From positions 1 to 41,012 of the forward strand of contig JAUVWO010000002.1 of the NCBI GenBank assembly GCA_030604065.1: 41,012 nt of DNA, read 5' to 3'. The translations under genes and the position numbers were made by a program. This document shows, one piece after another, positions 33,804 to 41,012 of this stretch. The stretch comes from Methanomassiliicoccales archaeon. GTDB taxonomy: Archaea > Thermoplasmatota > Thermoplasmata > Methanomassiliicoccales > JAUVWO01. The first letter of the stretch is position 1, and the number at the start of each line of letters is the position of its first letter. The notes below the pieces were generated by a model, which worked only from the letters and a program-made list of their open reading frames with translations, was not told the origin of the DNA and made no database searches.

Positions 33804-34712
33804 ATGCCTTTTGAGCTGGACATGAGCAAGCTCAGATACGGAACGGACCTTATTAAAAGGGGTTTCGCCCGAATGCAACAGGGCGGCGTGGTCATGGACG
33901 TGACCAACGCAGATCAGGCTGCGATCGCCGAGGAAGCTGGTGCGGTTGCAGTGATGGCTTTAGAACGGGTACCCGCAGATATAAGGGCCCAAGGAGGGGT
34001 GGCCCGGATGGCCGACCCGGTCAAGATCCAAGAGATCATGGAGATCGTCACCATACCAGTGATGGCCAAGTGTCGCATCGGACACTTCGTGGAGGCCCAG
34101 GTACTGGAGTCCCTGGGCGTCGACATGATCGATGAGTCTGAGGTCCTGACCCCCGCCGACCCGTTCCATCATGTCTACAAGAACGACTTCACCGTCCCAT
34201 TCGTCTGCGGTTGCCGAAGCTTAGGGGAGGCACTCAGGCGCATACATGAGGGCGCTGCCATGATCCGCACCAAAGGTGAAGCAGGTACCGGCAATGTGGT
34301 CGAGGCGGTAAGACACCAGAGGACCATTCTAGACCAGATCCACTCCCTCAAGGCCAGGGACGAGCTGGAACTAGCGGTCTTCGCCCGCGAGATCGAGGCC
34401 CCGGTCGAGCTTGTGATCGAGGTGGCCAGTCTCCAGAGGCTTCCGGTCATTAACTTCGCTGCTGGCGGCATCGCCACTCCGGCGGACGCTGCCCTAATGA
34501 TGCAGCTGGGCTCCGATGGCGTCTTTGTCGGGTCGGGCATATTCAAATCTGACGACCCGGATACCAGGGCCAAGGCCATTGTCGAGGCAGTATCGCACTA
34601 TGATGATCCAAAGGTCATCGCCGAGGTCTCGAGAGGACTTGGTGAGGCCATGAAAGGTATCGAAATATCCACCATCCCTCCAGAGCAGAGGCTCCAGGAA
34701 AGAGGATTGTAG
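33804..34712 (+). CDS. pdxS: Pyridoxal 5'-phosphate synthase, lyase subunit PdxS
   Basis: [35 protein letters not shown] and [33 protein letters not shown] are near-invariant PdxS motifs. atatataa (about 33759-33766) and ggtgag lie upstream. Confidence 0.95.
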   Translation: MPFELDMSKLRYGTDLIKRGFARMQQGGVVMDVTNADQAAIAEEAGAVAVMALERVPADIRAQGGVARMADPVKIQEIMEIVTIPVMAKCRIGHFVEAQVLESLGVDMIDESEVLTPADPFHHVYKNDFTVPFVCGCRSLGEALRRIHEGAAMIRTKGEAGTGNVVEAVRHQRTILDQIHSLKARDELELAVFAREIEAPVELVIEVASLQRLPVINFAAGGIATPADAALMMQLGSDGVFVGSGIFKSDDPDTRAKAIVEAVSHYDDPKVIAEVSRGLGEAMKGIEISTIPPEQRLQERGL

Positions 34713-34744
34713 GGGCTTAGCCCCCCTCGAACCCTATAACATTC

Positions 34745-35815
34745 TCAAGACAGGATCAGGTCCAAGGCGTCCATGTCCCTAGCCATCTGGATCTCCTTGG
34801 CGATCCTCATCCCTGTGCTCATGCCAGGATGGATCATCTCCGAATAGGGCGAGCCATTGATGAAAGGATTTGTGCCCGCCACGATTCGAGACGATATCTC
34901 GAACACCTTGAACTCCAGCTTATCGGTGACTATTGACTCAAGACAGAACGGGCCAACCATTCCTCCGAACAGTTCTATGGACCGGTTCACGATGCGCTCC
35001 GCCATCTCGAAGGCCTTGGGCAAGAGGCTCTCCCTGATGACCACAGGGACGTTGCCAGTGACCACGAAGGACGGATAGAGTTGATGCTTCTTGAGCTCCT
35101 CTTGGGCGCCCAACTTGTACATCTCATCAATGTTGGACTCGTCCCGGCGATCGATGGAAAGCATCTCAATGGTACCGTCCCCTGCATGATATCCTTCCTT
35201 CACGATAGGGGAATAGAAAAAGTGAAGATAGTACCTTGTTCCGAGCACATACTCCTGCATGGTGTAAGGAACATTGTGCTCTATGCCCAGCTTGAAGTCG
35301 TTGTGGTCCTTGGCGATGAAGAACCCACGCCCACCCTTGGCACCGTGGTACTTCACCAGTACCGGGCGGTCGATGTGTTCCGCATCATTCACTATCTCCG
35401 GCATGCTCACGCCTGCGGAGGTTAGCCACTCTCGCTCCTTGTCGCGGTCCGATTCCCACGCCAGCACCTTTCGGTTCCCAAAGGAGGGCACATCCATCCT
35501 CTCAAACTTTTTGGGGCCGAGGTATTCCACGAAGGAACCATGAGGTATGATGATGACATTGTTCTCTACGAAGAAATCGGCCTTATCGAGCATCTCATCA
35601 TAGGACGATAGTTGCACGAACTCATCAGGCCGTGCCAGGGGAAAAGCATCGTAATGCTTGGTGTCCTGAGTCACCGTTATGCCCATGGTCCTAAAGCCCA
35701 GCTTCTTGGCACCATGGAATATCTGCAATGAAGAGTGGGAGCAGAGGGTGGCTATGACCAGCTCATCCTTGTCATAATCCTCAAGGATGCCATCTATCCT
35801 CCTATCGGGAACCAT
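34745..35815 (-). CDS. purP: 5-formaminoimidazole-4-carboxamide ribonucleotide (FAICAR) synthetase PurP (ATP-grasp)
   Basis: 356 aa. IATLCSHSSLQIFHGAKKLGFRT is the PurP N-terminus, followed by an ATP-grasp core (VLVKYHGAKGGRGFFIA). Confidence 0.9.
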   Translation of the reverse strand: MVPDRRIDGILEDYDKDELVIATLCSHSSLQIFHGAKKLGFRTMGITVTQDTKHYDAFPLARPDEFVQLSSYDEMLDKADFFVENNVIIIPHGSFVEYLGPKKFERMDVPSFGNRKVLAWESDRDKEREWLTSAGVSMPEIVNDAEHIDRPVLVKYHGAKGGRGFFIAKDHNDFKLGIEHNVPYTMQEYVLGTRYYLHFFYSPIVKEGYHAGDGTIEMLSIDRRDESNIDEMYKLGAQEELKKHQLYPSFVVTGNVPVVIRESLLPKAFEMAERIVNRSIELFGGMVGPFCLESIVTDKLEFKVFEISSRIVAGTNPFINGSPYSEMIHPGMSTGMRIAKEIQMARDMDALDLILS

Positions 35816-35851
35816 ATTGAACCATTCCTTTCTCCATTTTAAACGTTTCCA

Positions 35852-36451
35852 TCATGTCCAAAGGTTGAAACCTAGTACATAGAACAGGAATGCACTCACC
35901 AAGGCTCGGATGAAACCACCAACGAAGCTAGCTAGGACGAACCATCGCCACTCCAGCGGATTGCCCTCGTCCTGGAATATGGAGAATATGTACACTGGGA
36001 CGGTATCGGTCATGAACGGTATGCTGAGCAGGAAGATCAATCCGATGTAACGGAACTTGCGAACCAGAAGGGTGCAGCCGCAGACGATCGCGTTGAACCA
36101 GCCCCATCGCTCCGACCATCCCCTGACCGGGCCCTCCATTGCGCCACCGATCCGAAAGACTATGAAGGCACCAGCCCCCTTGCCCGCCACCAAGATCAGA
36201 GCCTTCAGCCATATGGAGGTGCCCGGGTTCATGAACAGGCCCAGCTCAATGGGGATGGGCAAGAACACCGTGGCGGCAATGGAGTACAAGAAGAACAGTA
36301 CCCCAAACATGAACGGGTCAGCGGAGTTCTCCTGGAGGAACCCCATGATGATCTCCACCACCTCCGTCCAACTGACCACACCCCCTTTAACGTCAACTGA
36401 TAGAAAAAGGTTGTTTATGATGGCCATAGCGTGCCATGAAATCAACATCAC
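35852..36451 (-). CDS. Integral membrane protein, possibly VTT/DedA-like
   Basis: 199 aa with about 5 hydrophobic segments. The family call is tentative (FLPIPIELGLF and AGKGAGAFIVFRIGG resemble TVP38/DedA motifs). gggtg lies upstream of the ATG, and aagataaatag is a TATA-like box about 45 nt upstream. Confidence 0.65.
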   Translation of the reverse strand: MMLISWHAMAIINNLFLSVDVKGGVVSWTEVVEIIMGFLQENSADPFMFGVLFFLYSIAATVFLPIPIELGLFMNPGTSIWLKALILVAGKGAGAFIVFRIGGAMEGPVRGWSERWGWFNAIVCGCTLLVRKFRYIGLIFLLSIPFMTDTVPVYIFSIFQDEGNPLEWRWFVLASFVGGFIRALVSAFLFYVLGFNLWT

Positions 36452-36531
36452 CCGTTCCTTGACCCTGATGGAGGCACCCAGACGACAAAGACTATTTATC
36501 TTCCCATATTAATACAGCGCCAGGGAATACA

Positions 36532-37158
36532 ATGGCGCCTAGGAAGAAGAAGGAAGAGCCGGAAAATGATGAGGACTGGTTCGCCAAGCTCGACAAGGAG
36601 CTTGAGAAGCAAACCGATTCCATCACTAAGGACGAGGTTCAAAACCAACAGCAGAGGCGTGACATCAACAAATCCCTGTTGAACGACCTCTGGCGGATTG
36701 CCGACAGGTTCGAGAAGATCAGGATCCACTTTACCATGGAGCCGGCCTTCAGCGACTTCGCACTGTTCACCAAGTTCCCCGACGAGTACCGACTCCGGGA
36801 GGACTTCAGGTTCCAGGATGTCCGCACCGTCCAGCTTACGGACAGGACCATGGACCAAGGGAGGATGGGTGACGCCCTCAAAGTAAACTATTACATGATG
36901 GACTCCACACCCTACCTAAGGATGACCTTCGAGTTCTGCGAGGGTGAGCAGTACTACAAGTACGCAGGGTGGAAACGGATATTCGCTCAGTTCGTCATAT
37001 ACAACGCTCCAGTGACCAAGGTGAACATGAACACCATGCACAACAAGATGGGCGATGTAGTGAAGTCCTGGTACGAATCCCATCTGCGTAAAGACCGGGA
37101 CATAGTCATCCGGCATCTCAAAGAGAACTACGAGAGGGGCGAGACCTTTACCCAGTAG
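36532..37158 (+). CDS. Hypothetical protein (no family recognised)
   Basis: 208-aa ORF with coding-like third-position G/C bias. Charged N-terminus MAPRKKKEEPENDEDWFAKLDKELEK and an aromatic-rich C-terminal domain. TATA-like atattaat lies about 20 nt upstream, so the transcript is probably leaderless. A hairpin plus T-tracts lie downstream. The opposite-strand ORFs (36496..36858, 36639..36881) are shadows. Confidence 0.72.
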   Translation: MAPRKKKEEPENDEDWFAKLDKELEKQTDSITKDEVQNQQQRRDINKSLLNDLWRIADRFEKIRIHFTMEPAFSDFALFTKFPDEYRLREDFRFQDVRTVQLTDRTMDQGRMGDALKVNYYMMDSTPYLRMTFEFCEGEQYYKYAGWKRIFAQFVIYNAPVTKVNMNTMHNKMGDVVKSWYESHLRKDRDIVIRHLKENYERGETFTQ

Positions 37159-37165
37159 GATCTCT

Positions 37166-37205
37166 GGCCCCTTCGGGGGCGGTCCAAACCATTTTCGGCT
37201 TTTTC
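37166..37205 (+). terminator. Hairpin plus oligo-T terminator
   Basis: gcccc-ttcg-ggggc (37167-37180) is followed by tttt (37192-37195) and ttttt (37200-37204), starting 8 nt after the stop at 37158. Confidence 0.5.
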
Positions 37206-37274
37206 GGTCTACCCTCAGCATCATATTAAACGTTCTATTCATATCTCCAATATTGACATCTCCACCGAGGTGCG

Positions 37275-38585
37275 ATGATGAAAAAGGAACAGCTCGCACC
37301 CATGGCCAAGGAAATCAACAGGGTGCTTAAGGACAAGAATGAGGAGGACATCCTCCAAGAGTTGGAAACGCTTGTGAACGAATATGGCGTCAATGTAGAT
37401 GACGCTATGCGCAGCATCGTCCGGAAGTTCGGAGGCAATGTCGGCCAGTTATCCTTACAAGGAGGCAGGATGACCATTGCCGAGATCACCGGTTCAGAAC
37501 AAAGCTTAGACCTGCTCGCCCGCATCGTCTACATAAGTAAACGGATGATCGGCAAGGACGGCGACAGGGAGATAGTGGGTGGCATCCTTGGAGATGACAC
37601 TGGCACCATCCCATTCACCGTCTGGGAGCCCGAAGGGTTCGATCTGGAGAAGGGCGAGGTGTTACTCATCCGCGATGCCTATGCCAAGGAGTGGAACGAC
37701 GAGGCCCAGGTCAATCTGGGCAACCGCGCCACATGGGAACGTAAGAATCCCACCGAGCTACCGATGCCGGAAAGGATGCCGGCTCAGGAGGTCAAGGTCA
37801 CCGATCTGAAGGAGGGGATGCGGAGTGTCATCATCACCGGACGGCTGGTAGATGTGGAGCAGCGCACCATCAACCTAGAGGCTGGACCCAAGACGGTTAT
37901 CTCTGGCGTCCTTGCCGATGAAACTGGCAAGGTCCAGTTCACCGACTGGAGCGAGCACGAACTCCAGACAGGCATGGGCGTCCGCATCGAGAATGCCTAC
38001 GTCAGGGCCTGGAGGGGCATACCTCAACTCAACTTCGGAGAGTACGCCACCGTCGTTACCGACGATGGGCTGCCCCCTGTGACTGATTTAGTCAATAGTG
38101 AGCCCCGCCCCATCAGCGACCTCGAAAGCAGCGGGGGGGGCTTCGATATCGTCATCAGGGGAACGGTGTTAGAGATCAAGCGCGGTAGTGGTCTCATCCA
38201 GCGCTGCCCCGAATGCCACCGCATGGTTCAAAAGAACGAGTGCATGGTCCACGGAAAGGTTGAAGCGAACTACGATCTCAGGATCAAGGCCGTAGTGGAC
38301 GATGGTACCGGGGCCATGACCGTGATAATGGGCCAAGACATCACCAAACAGCTGGCCGGGATCGACCTGGCCCGAGCACAGGAGATGGCCCAGGAAGCTA
38401 TGGACATGGAAGTGGACCAAGAGTTCATCGAGGAGCGCCTGATCGCTAGGCCGGTCGAGGTCCAGGGTAATGCCTCCTCTGACGAGTATGGCATGATGCT
38501 CATCGCCTCCCGGACCGAGCTGATGAGTCGGGACACAATGGCCGGCATCGAGGCATTGGTGGCCAAACTGGAGGGATCGGTATGA
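37275..38585 (+). CDS. rpa: Replication protein A (ssDNA-binding; three OB folds, the last with a zinc finger)
   Basis: 436 aa with three repeated OB-like units (…GILGDDTGTIPFTVWE…, …GVLADETGKVQFTDWS…, …AVVDDGTGAMTVIMG…) and CPECHRMVQKNECMVHG (C-x2-C-x8-C-x2-H). GAGG lies 4 nt upstream of the ATG, and atattaaa is a TATA-like box at 37223-37230. Confidence 0.87.
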   Translation: MMKKEQLAPMAKEINRVLKDKNEEDILQELETLVNEYGVNVDDAMRSIVRKFGGNVGQLSLQGGRMTIAEITGSEQSLDLLARIVYISKRMIGKDGDREIVGGILGDDTGTIPFTVWEPEGFDLEKGEVLLIRDAYAKEWNDEAQVNLGNRATWERKNPTELPMPERMPAQEVKVTDLKEGMRSVIITGRLVDVEQRTINLEAGPKTVISGVLADETGKVQFTDWSEHELQTGMGVRIENAYVRAWRGIPQLNFGEYATVVTDDGLPPVTDLVNSEPRPISDLESSGGGFDIVIRGTVLEIKRGSGLIQRCPECHRMVQKNECMVHGKVEANYDLRIKAVVDDGTGAMTVIMGQDITKQLAGIDLARAQEMAQEAMDMEVDQEFIEERLIARPVEVQGNASSDEYGMMLIASRTELMSRDTMAGIEALVAKLEGSV

Positions 38586-39472
38586 TCCGCCGAGAAGTCG
38601 CCTGGAGGGTGTTCGCCGGTGAGTTCAATGCATCCACCCTGCACGTGAAGGATTCAGAGGAGGAGCGTTCCCCATCATATGTGGTAACCCCCATAGGTGC
38701 AATGATCAATCGCATGTTCGTCGTTGGGGTTCTAACCGAGAACGAGAACATTGGAACTGACAACGAACCCATGTGGAGGGGGCGGATCTCCGACCCTACC
38801 GGGACGTTCTACATTTCCGCTGGGAAGTATCAACCCGAGGCAGCGTCCATGCTCTCACGCCTCAAAGTACCAGCCTTCGTTGCCGTCATTGGCAAGAGCA
38901 GGGTCTATTCCCCCGAAGGCGGAAAGATGTACCTATCGATACGACCCGAGACCATAGTGGAAGTGGATGCGGGAATCAGAGACCTCTGGATACTGGATAC
39001 AGCCAAGGCCACCCTCCTTCGTATGGAAGCCATGAAAGCGGCCACGACGATAGAAGAACCTTCCGAGAACGCGTTGGTAGAACAAGGATACTCGCCTACG
39101 GTGGCTCACGGAGTCATGCGTAGTTACCAGTTCTATGGCATGACCGACCTGGACAAGTATAGATCCATGGTACTAGCGACACTCAAGCGTACGCTGCCCA
39201 ACACGGATGAGGAAGATCACTACGTGCCCAACTTGAGCGCGGCGGAGGAGATCGACATAGAGGAAAGACCAGACGATATGGACCAGGAAGACAGTGTTCT
39301 CGATGTCATAGAGGAACTGGACCTAGACGGCAGGGGTGCCCCATTAGATGACCTGATCTCCGCGACATCCCGCATGGAGATGGACCGGACCCGCCTTGAG
39401 GAGGTCATCAATTCGCTGCTTGACAAAGGGCTGATCTACGAACCGGTCCTGGGTAAGATGAAACGCATCTGA
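38582..39472 (+). CDS. RPA-associated protein (COG3390-type, Rpap/RPA32-like OB-fold protein)
   Basis: N-terminus MIRREVAWRVFAGEFNAS...YVVTPIGAMINRMFVVGVLTE...GRISDPTGTFYISAGKYQPEA matches the archaeal COG3390 family found next to rpa genes. It has an acidic linker and a C-terminal wHTH-like end (RLEEVINSLLDKGLIYEP). ATGA overlap with rpa. Confidence 0.8.
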   Translation: MIRREVAWRVFAGEFNASTLHVKDSEEERSPSYVVTPIGAMINRMFVVGVLTENENIGTDNEPMWRGRISDPTGTFYISAGKYQPEAASMLSRLKVPAFVAVIGKSRVYSPEGGKMYLSIRPETIVEVDAGIRDLWILDTAKATLLRMEAMKAATTIEEPSENALVEQGYSPTVAHGVMRSYQFYGMTDLDKYRSMVLATLKRTLPNTDEEDHYVPNLSAAEEIDIEERPDDMDQEDSVLDVIEELDLDGRGAPLDDLISATSRMEMDRTRLEEVINSLLDKGLIYEPVLGKMKRI

Positions 39473-39973
39473 TCAGCGGAATTCGTCCTTGGACAGCACC
39501 AGTAATATAAGGGCGATTATCCCAAGTATCGTACAGAGGTATGCTGGGCCAATGGAGACGATGGCGGCTATCGAGCCTATTAGAGCGAAGCCCCACCGTG
39601 TCCTCTTCAAGGCCATGAACCCTCCACCTATGGACAGCACCGATGTGATGATAATGACGGCAACGCAAACCTGAAGAATCTGCTCGATCATGGCTGCGTC
39701 GACACCCTCTGGTAGATCTCCCACCATGTCCGTCAACAGATCGATGTTGGCGAGCAGATATATAGCATAGATCACCCCAATGACCCCGGCGACCACCAGC
39801 ATGGCCCCAGCAAGCTTTGGCTTGATCGATGCCGTCTGTGGCAGGGAGGCGTAATACTGATGGGCCTCATGATTCCTCATCTCGCTACCACAGAACGGAC
39901 AGATATTCGACCCAGGCGGCACGTCCGAGCCGCATCGAGGACAGAATTCCTTGGCGCTATAGTCCTCCTCCAC
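39473..39973 (-). CDS. Zinc-ribbon membrane protein
   Basis: N-terminal CPRCGSDVPPGSNICPFCG followed by about 4 hydrophobic segments. GTG start with GGGTG 6 nt upstream. Its stop abuts the convergent rpap stop (TGATCA). Confidence 0.75.
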   Translation of the reverse strand: MEEDYSAKEFCPRCGSDVPPGSNICPFCGSEMRNHEAHQYYASLPQTASIKPKLAGAMLVVAGVIGVIYAIYLLANIDLLTDMVGDLPEGVDAAMIEQILQVCVAVIIITSVLSIGGGFMALKRTRWGFALIGSIAAIVSIGPAYLCTILGIIALILLVLSKDEFR

Positions 39974-40033
39974 AGTTCACACCCGTATGAAGATGGGGGC
40001 ATGGGTATAATAATAGCGTTATTTTGCAGATAG

Positions 40034-40045
40034 AAAAAAGAAAAA
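40034..40045 (-). terminator. Oligo-T tract (T5-C-T6 on the minus strand) after the 40072..40818 gene
   Basis: The plus strand reads aaaaaagaaaaa, 27 nt downstream (minus sense) of the stop at 40072. It is followed by gggtataataatagc, a TATA-like box for the next minus-strand gene. Confidence 0.4.
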
Positions 40046-40071
40046 GGATTATAGGAAAGGGATTTGAAGAA

Positions 40072-40818
40072 TCAGTTCAGCTCACGAAGGAGCTGGTCCT
40101 CGAACTGCCACTGAACCTGAACGTGCTCGTTACTATCCTTGACCAGGACGTAGATCCAATAGATGCCGAATAGGCCAAAGGTGACAATGGTCACGATCAG
40201 GTAAACGATGAATGATCGGTTTGGCAGCACTCTCCACGAAGGCAGCACCATCTGCATGCCCATCTCCTTGCCTGCATACTGCACCTGTTGGGTGAAAGCG
40301 TGCCAGCGACGATCGTGCTCGGGAGCGAACTCGGTGAACACGTATAACAGATAGAGCATGGCGAATAGGTTGACTATGGGTATGATAAGAAGAATGACCC
40401 AAAGTATCCCATCCAAGCTCTTCTCTCTGGCGCCAGCTTCATAGTTGATGCTCTCCATGGTACCGATCTGAGCAGAAATCATCTTGCCCACATCTGAATC
40501 TCGGGCTGCAAAGTCCTTGAAATGGTTTATCAACGACATTCTCAGCATGGCCTCACGGCGAGAGTGCTTGTCCATCCTCTTGATCATCTTGTAAAAGAGG
40601 ATAAGCATCAGTATCGTTCCGATGAGGGAGATCCACCAAAGGCCTATAAGGGATCCTACAATTGCTATAGCAATGACAATAAGAGGCATTAATGCCCAAT
40701 ATTCCGGCAGGATCTCCTCATTCTGATGCCTCATCTGTATAGCACCCCGCACTCCGCCAGCCTGGGAATGTTGCATCCCTGGCGGCCCGGTGGGAGGCGT
40801 TTCTCCTCCATATTGCAT
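40072..40818 (-). CDS. Membrane protein with DUF4234-like repeats
   Basis: 248 aa. Pro/Gly-rich N-terminus and about 4-5 TM segments. The C-terminal TFGLFGIYWIYVLVKD resembles the DUF4234 signature. ggggtg precedes the ATG. Confidence 0.72.
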   Translation of the reverse strand: MQYGGETPPTGPPGMQHSQAGGVRGAIQMRHQNEEILPEYWALMPLIVIAIAIVGSLIGLWWISLIGTILMLILFYKMIKRMDKHSRREAMLRMSLINHFKDFAARDSDVGKMISAQIGTMESINYEAGAREKSLDGILWVILLIIPIVNLFAMLYLLYVFTEFAPEHDRRWHAFTQQVQYAGKEMGMQMVLPSWRVLPNRSFIVYLIVTIVTFGLFGIYWIYVLVKDSNEHVQVQWQFEDQLLRELN

Positions 40819-41012
40819 TTTTACACCCCGTTATGAAATATTAGTATGTCATCAATCGATATGGTAGATTAAATTTTCCTATTGATATCCCGACTTTTGC
40901 ACTTGAAGAATTAAGTGCGTCCTCAGTCATGCAGTTCTATGGCATTACAACAAGCAAGACTGAGAACATCCAGAATAGAGCCGAACGAGAATAAGACAGT
41001 TCCGATTGGCAC

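Noticed and set aside
40923-41012. Open minus-strand frame entering from the right edge (…VPIGTVLFSFGSILDVLSLACCNAIELHD*), followed by a hairpin
   Set aside because: Only 29 codons are visible. Third-position G/C is low compared with the real genes here, and an open frame of this length is expected by chance. It cannot be supported without the flanking sequence.
1-41012. Window-wide search for recoded TAG (pyrrolysine), CRISPR arrays, tRNA/rRNA genes, IS elements, integrases and inteins
   Set aside because: TAG terminates many ordinary genes here (nop5, speB, glmM, the nucleotidyltransferase, aspC, pdxS and others) at positions matching family C-termini. No spaced direct-repeat arrays, cloverleaf-compatible sequences or transposase/integrase-like ORFs were seen. 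SMC, XPD and RPA have normal lengths without insertions. This was a by-eye search, so small elements could have been missed.

Overview
This is a densely packed archaeal chromosomal segment. The archaeal call rests on Nop5, aIF5A, CDP-archaeol synthase, PurP, an Sm protein, RPA plus a COG3390-type partner, XPD and SMC-ScpAB, together with short AT-rich spacers carrying TATA-like boxes and many 4-nt ATGA start/stop overlaps. Lineage cannot be fixed from sequence alone; a Thermoplasmata-like euryarchaeon is only a guess.

I support about 42 protein-coding genes. Two are absent from the ORF track: a truncated wHTH regulator at the left edge and a 51-aa Trm112-like zinc-ribbon ORF. Reading by eye, I found no rRNA, tRNA, CRISPR array, transposase or integrase.

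Content is mostly housekeeping:
- MTA/5'-deoxyadenosine salvage, Nop5, aIF5A and agmatinase (731-4714)
- a long minus-strand array from Sm through a sugar nucleotidyltransferase, an ABC importer and a DUF47 protein to a phosphohexomutase (5260-12313)
- smc-scpA-scpB
- acetamido-sugar and glycosyltransferase genes
- an XPD-CarS-PyrE-UDG array
- serA plus a serC-like gene, then threonine aldolase, AspAT, PdxS and PurP
- RPA and its partner

I do not see a clear-cut new multi-gene system such as a defence island. The best candidates for something undescribed are:
1. An ABC importer with no binding-protein gene, a fused ModB/CysTW-like permease, two non-identical ATPases (one with a degenerate signature motif) and a DUF47/PhoU-like partner.
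2. A small acidic, wHTH-like orphan protein apparently co-transcribed with XPD.
3. A monocistronic orphan protein just upstream of the RPA pair.
4. A 545-bp gap (4715-5259) with no confident ORF but coding-like fragments and a direct repeat.
5. A GC-rich 274-bp divergent spacer (28656-28929) with a nested hairpin element and repeated TATA-containing half-palindromes.

All functional calls come from motif recognition by eye and need HMM/BLAST confirmation.
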